Assembly (NCBI GenBank): GCA_043739185.1
Contig: JAYUEN010000345.1
Coordinates: 1 to 12,600 of the forward strand
DNA: 12,600 bases
Origin: Bdellovibrionales bacterium
GTDB lineage: Bacteria; Bdellovibrionota; Bdellovibrionia; Bdellovibrionales; JAMPXM01
Reading direction: 5' to 3'
The translations under genes and the position numbers were made by a program. This document shows, piece by piece, positions 7,159 to 12,600 of the stretch (positions are counted from its first letter, which is position 1; every line of letters starts with the position of its first letter). The notes beneath the pieces are model-generated. The model was not told the origin of the DNA. It saw only the letters and a program-made list of their open reading frames with translations, and did no database searches.

Positions 7159-7536
7159 ATGTTTAAAAATGTTTTTTTAAATAAGTTAATTCTAGTTAGC
7201 CTCACATTTGTTTTTGTTGGATTTTTTGGAGAGGTGACTAGAGCTGAGGAGCTTAGTTTTTTTGGAGGAGCAGTTAGGGCTAATTTGACCTGGATGACTC
7301 CGCCATTAGTTTCAAAAGTCGCGAGATTGAAAATTGAATTGTTCGATGATTCAAAGCATATTTACGATATTGACCCATCACTGATTTCTGTTGGGCTCTT
7401 TATGGCTGGAATGGCGACTGACTTTCAAGATGTTGTGGCATTAAACGATGCCCATAACATGGGTTTTGAAACTTTGGGCTTACTTAGACTTGCTATTGAA
7501 TCTTTTTGCTACTTAATCTTAAGGAGTTTACTATGA
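7159..7536 (+). pseudogene. Secreted YtkA/FixH-like Ig-fold protein, probably 3'-truncated
   Basis: Signal peptide, then ANLTWMTPP..RLKIELFD..SVGLFMAGM resembling the first half of YtkA-like domains. The tail becomes atypical and overlaps the copA 3' end by 44 bp. Family call is by eye. Confidence 0.45.
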
Positions 7537-9838
7537 CTGAAACCGAGCTCAAGCTCATCGCAAGAGCTGCGATCATGGGGCTCAGTAGCCAGCCAAAAGC
7601 AGGATACAAGACGCCCGCTGCGACCGGAACTCCAAAAGCGTTGTATACAAAGGCGAAAAATAGGTTTTGCTTAATATTCGCAATTGTCGACTCACTCAAT
7701 TCTCTCGCGCTTATGATACCCTTTAAGTCGCCTTTGACCAATGTTACACCTGCACTTTTCATTGCGATATCGGTACCCGTACCCATTGCAATTCCGACAT
7801 TAGCCTGAGCTAAGGCGGGGGCGTCGTTAATGCCGTCTCCTGCCATCGCAACTATCTTTCCATCTGCTTGAAATCTTTTAACGACTTCAACTTTTTCGTT
7901 CGGGAGAACGTCAGAAATAATCTCATCCACTTTAATTTTTTGAGCAACAGCATTTGCCGTTCTTTTGTTATCACCCGTGACCATAACTACTTTTAAGCCT
8001 AATTTTTGAAGTTTCTGAATGGCCTCGGCACTTGTTTCTTTGATAGGATCTGCGACCCCGATGAGTCCAGCTATACGAGCTTCGACGGCCACAAACATCA
8101 CGGACTGCCCATCGTCGCGAAGTCTATCGGCAGCGATTTGAACCGATGACACATCGACATTCGCGCTTTGCATGAGCTTGAGATTACCAACGCTGATTTT
8201 TTGACCCAAGACTCTTCCTTCAGTGCCCATCCCTGTAATGGATCTAAACTCAGTCGTATCTTGCAGAGAAATTTTTCTTTCTTCCGTAGCTTTGACAATA
8301 GCCGCTGCAAGCGGGTGTTCGCTCTGACGCTCAAGGCTCGCAGTCAATTGCAAAAGCTTTTCTTCTGTGATTTCTCCAAATGGGAGAATTGAAACAAGCT
8401 TTGGTTTACCCATTGTCAGAGTGCCGGTTTTGTCGACGATGAGGACATTCACTTTTCGCAGCAACTCGATGGCTTCAGCATCTTTAAATAAGACACCCAT
8501 TTGGGCCGCCCGACCAGTTGCAACCATAATTGACATGGGTGTAGCTAGCCCCAGAGCACAAGGGCACGCAATGATAAGGACAGCGACTGCATTCACGATT
8601 GCGAATGCTAGTCGAGGTTCTGGCCCCCAAAATCCCCAAATAAAGGCCGTGAAAATAGCCACGCCCACAACTGTCGGAACAAAATAAGCAGAAATTTGAT
8701 CAGCGAGTTTCTGAATGGGAGCTCTTGATCTCTGGGCATCAGCAACCATTTGAACAATCTGCGACAGCAAAGTATCTTTACCAACTTTATGTGCTTGAAC
8801 TAATAGGGACCCCGTACCATTCATTGTCGCTGCTATTACTTTTGAGCCGGAGCTTTTTTCAGTCGGAATAGACTCACCAGTCACCATCGACTCATCAACC
8901 GCACTTGTGCCTGACTCGACAATTCCATCGACTGAAATTTTCTCTCCTGGACGCACTCTAATTTTGTCACCTACGACAATTTGTTCAATTTCGACTTCTT
9001 GTTCAGAGCCATCAGAAGAAACTCTTCGTGCTGTTTTAGGTGCAAGCTGTAAAAGAGCTTTGATCGCAGCACCTGTTTGCCCTCTAGCTTTGAGTTCTAA
9101 GACTTGTCCTAGAAGCACTAAGCTTACGATGACTGCTGCTGGCTCAAAATAAAGATCGAGCTGGCCGGTACCAGTATCCCTGAATGAACTCGGAAAGATA
9201 TTCGGAAAAAAAGTAGCCACGAGACTAAACAAATAAGCGACGCTGACGCCAAGCCCGATGAGCGTAAACATATTTGGACTTTTATTTTTCAATGACTGCC
9301 AAAATCTTTGATAAAAAGGCCAGCCGGCCCAAAGAACGACCGGCGACGCCAGTAATAGTTCAAGGTAATTGAGCAAGACCTGCCTATGAGATTCGTGAAT
9401 GAGATGGCGACCTCCCATTGTAATAAACAACAATGGAATACTAAAGCCCGTTGCGAGCCAGAATCTTTTGCGCATATCGAGATATTCGGATTGATCCTCC
9501 TCACTATGCGCGGTCAGCGTGACGGGCTCAAGGCTCATTCCACAAATCGGACAACTTCCAGGGCCGTTCTTACGGATTTGTGGATGCATAGGGCAGGTAT
9601 ACTCGGCACTATGAGAAGGCTTTGAGACTGGGTTTGGCTCTATGTTTAAAAATGAACTTGGATTGTGGTCAAATTTTGATTTGCATTTTGCACTACAGAA
9701 GAAATAACTCTTTTGCTGATACACTGATGAGCTAATTTTGTTGCTCCTCGGGTCTACTTTCATGCCGCAAACAGGATCAGTTTCTCTTTCGCTAATATCA
9801 AGATGCGAGTTTTTTTGATTTTTATTTTCTTCGATCAC
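7493..9838 (-). CDS. copA: Cu(I)/Ag(I)-exporting P1B-1 ATPase with N-terminal YHS and heavy-metal-binding (YTCPMHP) domains
   Basis: DPVCGM..YFFCSxxC (YHS), [45 protein letters not shown] and MxxSS transmembrane Cu(I) ligands. GTG start with an in-frame stop just upstream. Confidence 0.96.
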   Translation of the reverse strand: MIEENKNQKNSHLDISERETDPVCGMKVDPRSNKISSSVYQQKSYFFCSAKCKSKFDHNPSSFLNIEPNPVSKPSHSAEYTCPMHPQIRKNGPGSCPICGMSLEPVTLTAHSEEDQSEYLDMRKRFWLATGFSIPLLFITMGGRHLIHESHRQVLLNYLELLLASPVVLWAGWPFYQRFWQSLKNKSPNMFTLIGLGVSVAYLFSLVATFFPNIFPSSFRDTGTGQLDLYFEPAAVIVSLVLLGQVLELKARGQTGAAIKALLQLAPKTARRVSSDGSEQEVEIEQIVVGDKIRVRPGEKISVDGIVESGTSAVDESMVTGESIPTEKSSGSKVIAATMNGTGSLLVQAHKVGKDTLLSQIVQMVADAQRSRAPIQKLADQISAYFVPTVVGVAIFTAFIWGFWGPEPRLAFAIVNAVAVLIIACPCALGLATPMSIMVATGRAAQMGVLFKDAEAIELLRKVNVLIVDKTGTLTMGKPKLVSILPFGEITEEKLLQLTASLERQSEHPLAAAIVKATEERKISLQDTTEFRSITGMGTEGRVLGQKISVGNLKLMQSANVDVSSVQIAADRLRDDGQSVMFVAVEARIAGLIGVADPIKETSAEAIQKLQKLGLKVVMVTGDNKRTANAVAQKIKVDEIISDVLPNEKVEVVKRFQADGKIVAMAGDGINDAPALAQANVGIAMGTGTDIAMKSAGVTLVKGDLKGIISARELSESTIANIKQNLFFAFVYNAFGVPVAAGVLYPAFGWLLSPMIAALAMSLSSVSVIVNSLRLSSKKIQ

Positions 9839-9860
9839 AATTTATCCATTTCTTCATTTT

Positions 9861-10214
9861 CTAAGGGTGATGCTCAGCATCCATTTTGTCAGATGACATT
9901 TTTCCTTTTTTCATCTTTGCATGCATATTTTTGTGCATCGTTTTCATATCGCTCATCATCGGGCAGTCCATTTTACCCTTCATGTCTTTACATTCGGTCA
10001 TCATCGCATCGTGACATACTACTTCAGTTTTGCCAGACCTTAAACAGTCGGCAGCCTTTTTGTACATTTCAGCCATATGTTCATGCATCTGAATCTTGTC
10101 TTGAGGATCTTCCACCTTTGATTCCTTAGTAGTCATTTCTTCTGCTTGAGAGAGCGGACTGAAGACACCAACAAGTAAGATGGCTAGTAAAAAAGAGCGT
10201 AGAGTTGATTTCAT
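9861..10214 (-). CDS. Small secreted Met/His/Cys-rich protein, candidate periplasmic copper chaperone or store
   Basis: AGGAGA RBS, signal peptide ending SQA. Mature ~93 aa contains 16 Met, 7 His, 4 Cys (hand count). Lies 22 bp upstream of copA. Confidence 0.85.
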   Translation of the reverse strand: MKSTLRSFLLAILLVGVFSPLSQAEEMTTKESKVEDPQDKIQMHEHMAEMYKKAADCLRSGKTEVVCHDAMMTECKDMKGKMDCPMMSDMKTMHKNMHAKMKKGKMSSDKMDAEHHP

Positions 10215-10423
10215 ATTTTTTCTCCTAAGGTTTAAATGTTATCTATCGTTCTGCAATAGAGAGACCATTGTGTTTCTAACTAGAGTGTGAAGCCTTGTGA
10301 TGAGTTCTCATTCACGTTTTCGCCATTAAGAATTAAAAATTATGTCGGTCACAGGTGTTGAGGATTTTTTGAGGTCCAGCTAGAGAGGCTCGGACAATTT
10401 GTCCCAAATCGATGACTAAATGA

Positions 10424-10564
10424 CTCCATAAGCTGATGCATGGGCTCAATTGGACAGAATGCCTTTTCATATTAGTGCTCACACTTGTGCCCACTAGCAT
10501 TCTTGAGATTCGAAAATGGTATCGAAATTCTAATGCAAAAGTATTGGTAAACCAGCACGTTTAA
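10424..10564 (+). pseudogene. Remnant resembling the C-terminus of a type II cation-transporting P-type ATPase
   Basis: Unlisted frame reads LHKLMHGLNWTECLFILVLTLVPTSILEIRKWYRNSNAKVLVNQHV*, resembling the L-x-W..L-L-V-P..E-I-R-K-W last helix of Cation_ATPase_C. In-frame TGA at 10421. Confidence 0.5.
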
Positions 10565-10624
10565 TAAGTTTGACTGCCACATTTTAATTTCACTTGATTG
10601 GCGGGAATTCATCAAGGCAGGGAG

Positions 10625-11116
10625 CTAATTCGAATTAATTTTAGTTTTGCTTTCACCAATCCAAATTAATATTAAATCTTTTTCTTCGTGAGTTAGCCCT
10701 GAGGACGGATGAATGATCCAATAAAGTCGAGTCGGCATTGAACCTCTTATCGTAACATCTTGAATGGCATCTAAATCCTCGTCGGGTTTCCCATGACCAG
10801 CGAACGGAAATCCCTTTGAAATTTCAAGGTGCTTTTTCGCCTCACTCCTATCGCTTTCTATCAACTGATGAACAAACGGAATCGCACTATACCAGGGAGC
10901 AGAATTTGTAGTTGAGTGGCAAGCTGCACATTTTTGATCAAAGATAGGCTTAACTTTTATTTGATAATTTTTATTAATTTCAGCATAAACTAAATCAAGA
11001 TCTGGCTTCGTAGAATCTAACTTTGCAGCTTGAGTATGAACTCCGTGATGATGACCCTCGTGAGCTTTAGAAACAAAGCTATACGTTAGAAAAAATATTA
11101 TAAATATGTACTTCAC
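10625..11116 (-). CDS. Haem-binding domain (Haem_bd-like) monohaem c protein with N-terminal His-rich tail
   Basis: Signal peptide then HEGHHHGVH. KPIFDQKCAACHS..PWYS..EAKKHL..MP..Y..IHP..LT-EEK..WI fits the Haem_bd pattern. GTG start with AGAAGG RBS. Confidence 0.85.
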   Translation of the reverse strand: MKYIFIIFFLTYSFVSKAHEGHHHGVHTQAAKLDSTKPDLDLVYAEINKNYQIKVKPIFDQKCAACHSTTNSAPWYSAIPFVHQLIESDRSEAKKHLEISKGFPFAGHGKPDEDLDAIQDVTIRGSMPTRLYWIIHPSSGLTHEEKDLILIWIGESKTKINSN

Positions 11117-11139
11117 CGAAACCTTCTCTCAGATCAATC

Positions 11140-11676
11140 TTAATACTTAATTGTCTTTAGTTTTAACACAGTTTCAGTAGCAAGAAATCCACCAACGAGC
11201 ATTCCTAAAAACCACAATCCTACAAAACTTAAAGCTAACTCTGCACCAGCGAACCAAAAAACTCCAAGCGATGCCCCAGCCAATGCAAAAACTTGCAAGA
11301 ACTCAGTTCCTCGCATGACTCGTAACTCCTCAATTGTCAGAAAATATCCTGCCGTAAGAATACTAAAACTTATGAAAAATACACCACAAGCAATCATACA
11401 GGCACCATGTCCCCACTGGAGCATAAACCAATCGGCCAGAGAATGTGTGGTACCAAATGGATTCATACCGAATTGATGACAAATGGATAAAGAAAAAAAT
11501 CCAATCGTCATATGAATTCCAAGAAGTTTCGCAAAAACTATCCAAGCACTTGGATGAAGAAGCGCATGAACCTGACTTAGTAAGCCTTGTTCAATATGCG
11601 ATGGAACCTTTAGTTCTTTAACATTCAAGAACTCATTATATTCTGCTAACCACTCTTTTGGGTCATTTGCCTTCAT
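11140..11676 (-). CDS. Putative membrane anti-sigma factor with Cys/His motifs
   Basis: ATGA 4-bp overlap with the sigma gene. Short cytoplasmic N-terminus and about 4 hydrophobic segments. SICHQFG and HGACMIAC motifs. Confidence 0.75.
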   Translation of the reverse strand: MKANDPKEWLAEYNEFLNVKELKVPSHIEQGLLSQVHALLHPSAWIVFAKLLGIHMTIGFFSLSICHQFGMNPFGTTHSLADWFMLQWGHGACMIACGVFFISFSILTAGYFLTIEELRVMRGTEFLQVFALAGASLGVFWFAGAELALSFVGLWFLGMLVGGFLATETVLKLKTIKY

Positions 11677-12209
11677 GGCATCTCTCCCTTTTTTGCTATT
11701 GCTTTTAACTTTGCAACCGCTCGACTCAAAATTTTACGAACATTGCTTGGCGAAGTACTGAGCGTTAAAGCGATCTCCTCAAAAGTTTTTTCGCTCACAT
11801 ATCTCAGATGAAGCACGCTCTGTTGATCGGTCGAAAGTTGATTCATCAAATTTGTGACCTCAGAAAACTTATGCTCATTTGTTGGTGATTCATCGTTGAT
11901 TGAAACCTCGCCATCTCTTTCAAGTTTTCTCTCCATTCTTAAGCCGTCGTTTAACACTGATTTTGTAATCGAGTATATCCAGGGTAGAGCAGGTAAAGTT
12001 TGATTATAGAGATGTCTTGAACGATGCATTTTCAGAAAAACTTCCTGAAGGTATTCACTTGCCCTTTCATCTTTCCAAATGCGACTTTTTAAAAATCCAT
12101 AGATTTTTGCCGAATGCCGATCATAGAGAGCCCTAAAAGCAGCTTCTGCCCCAGATTGATACATCACCATGAGTTCCTCATCTGAAAGATTATCTAGTTT
12201 CATCCGCAC
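11673..12209 (-). CDS. ECF RNA polymerase sigma factor
   Basis: SDEELM..AFRALYDRH, QEVFLKMHRSRHLY..PWIYSI (region 2), LRYVSEKTFEEIALTLSTSPSNVRKILSRA (region 4). True start may be the ATG at 12203. Confidence 0.95.
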   Translation of the reverse strand: MRMKLDNLSDEELMVMYQSGAEAAFRALYDRHSAKIYGFLKSRIWKDERASEYLQEVFLKMHRSRHLYNQTLPALPWIYSITKSVLNDGLRMERKLERDGEVSINDESPTNEHKFSEVTNLMNQLSTDQQSVLHLRYVSEKTFEEIALTLSTSPSNVRKILSRAVAKLKAIAKKGEMP

Positions 12210-12223
12210 CTTTCACACTTAAT

Positions 12224-12253
12224 TATTACGAAGACTGAAGGCTTTTTGTGACA
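12224..12253 (-). promoter_or_regulatory. ECF-type promoter TGTCACA-N16-CGTAATA driving the sigma operon (autoregulation)
   Basis: -35 at 12253..12247, -10 at 12230..12224. Both boxes and the spacing are identical to the plus-strand copy. Confidence 0.8.
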
Positions 12254-12304
12254 TAAAATAAATTTTCACGTGATTTCAGTATTTTATATAATATTTTGAT
12301 ATCT

Positions 12305-12334
12305 TGTCACAAACTATCTGCAATGTACGTAATA
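12305..12334 (+). promoter_or_regulatory. ECF-type promoter TGTCACA-N16-CGTAATA driving the TolC-like gene
   Basis: -35 at 12305-12311, -10 at 12328-12334, ATG at 12341. Confidence 0.8.
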
Positions 12335-12340
12335 CCTAAT

Positions 12341-12600
12341 ATGAAGTACTTGTTAACGCTTATTTTTTATATGAGTTTTACATCGCCCGTTTGGGCGATA
12401 GAAACTCTTAGTCTAGACTCATTTTTAAAGATGGTGAGTGAGCAAAATCTTAGTCTCAAAGCAAACTCAGCTGAAGTAGACGCCGCAAAAGCTAAAGAAG
12501 TAGGAGTCGATATTCCCCCTCCGATGGTGGGACTTACTCAAATGCATGACCAAAGTGGGAGTGCTAATGGTTTTGAAATCAGCCAGTCGATTCCTTTCCC
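12341..12600 (+). CDS. TolC/CusC/CzcC-family outer-membrane efflux protein (3'-partial; absent from the ORF track)
   Basis: MKYLLTLIFYMSFTSPVWAIETLSLDSFLKMVSEQNLSLKANSAEVDAAKAK..PPPMVG..FEISQSIPF: signal peptide, first OEP helix pattern and the SQxIPFP motif of heavy-metal RND outer-membrane factors. Open to window end. Confidence 0.82.
   Translation, partial: MKYLLTLIFYMSFTSPVWAIETLSLDSFLKMVSEQNLSLKANSAEVDAAKAKEVGVDIPPPMVGLTQMHDQSGSANGFEISQSIPF

Noticed and set aside
7506..9625. ORFs 7506..7808, 8098..8334, 8168..8392, 8367..8687, 8907..9152, 9289..9504, 9386..9625
   Set aside because: All lie within copA; typical antisense or off-frame ORFs.
10392..10404. Palindrome GGACAA-T-TTGTCC
   Set aside because: Short single occurrence with no U-tract or promoter context.
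9803..11545. ORFs 9803..10129 and 11363..11545
   Set aside because: Antisense to the Met-rich gene and off-frame within the anti-sigma gene; no independent support.
11673..12209. Calling the sigma CorE, CnrH or ECF41
   Set aside because: No Cys-rich domain (not CorE), no C-terminal SnoaL extension (not ECF41), and no CnrX/CnrY-like pair recognisable.
12247..12311. TGTGA/TCACA as a CRP site, or as inverted ends of a mobile element
   Set aside because: Spacing is far from the 6 bp of a CRP site. Better explained as the -35 boxes of two divergent ECF promoters.
1..12600. CRISPR array, tRNA/rRNA, IS element, intrinsic terminators
   Set aside because: No regularly spaced repeats, structural RNA signatures, transposase motifs or convincing GC hairpin plus U-tract were seen.

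Overview
AT-rich bacterial copper/heavy-metal homeostasis island. A Gram-negative host, possibly Bdellovibrionota-like, is inferred from protein style only. Left to right: the 3' part of a double XRE-HTH regulator; a SCO copper chaperone divergent from a secreted multicopper oxidase; and a CsoR-led minus-strand operon (csoR, His1 two-repeat secreted protein, di-haem cytochrome c lipoprotein, ankyrin-cupredoxin fusion) with a near-textbook CsoR operator. That operon sits between two outward-facing paralogues of an unknown 4-Cys secreted protein (WDQGWIFxPFCQSF). Further right: a probably truncated YtkA-like gene; a YHS/HMBD-CopA Cu(I) ATPase; a Met/His/Cys-rich secreted protein; a hidden P-type ATPase C-terminal remnant; a His-tailed haem-binding protein; a Cys/His anti-sigma plus ECF sigma pair; and the start of a TolC/CusC-like gene. 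Back-to-back TGTCACA-N16-CGTAATA motifs define a likely ECF promoter. No rRNA, tRNA, CRISPR or transposase seen.
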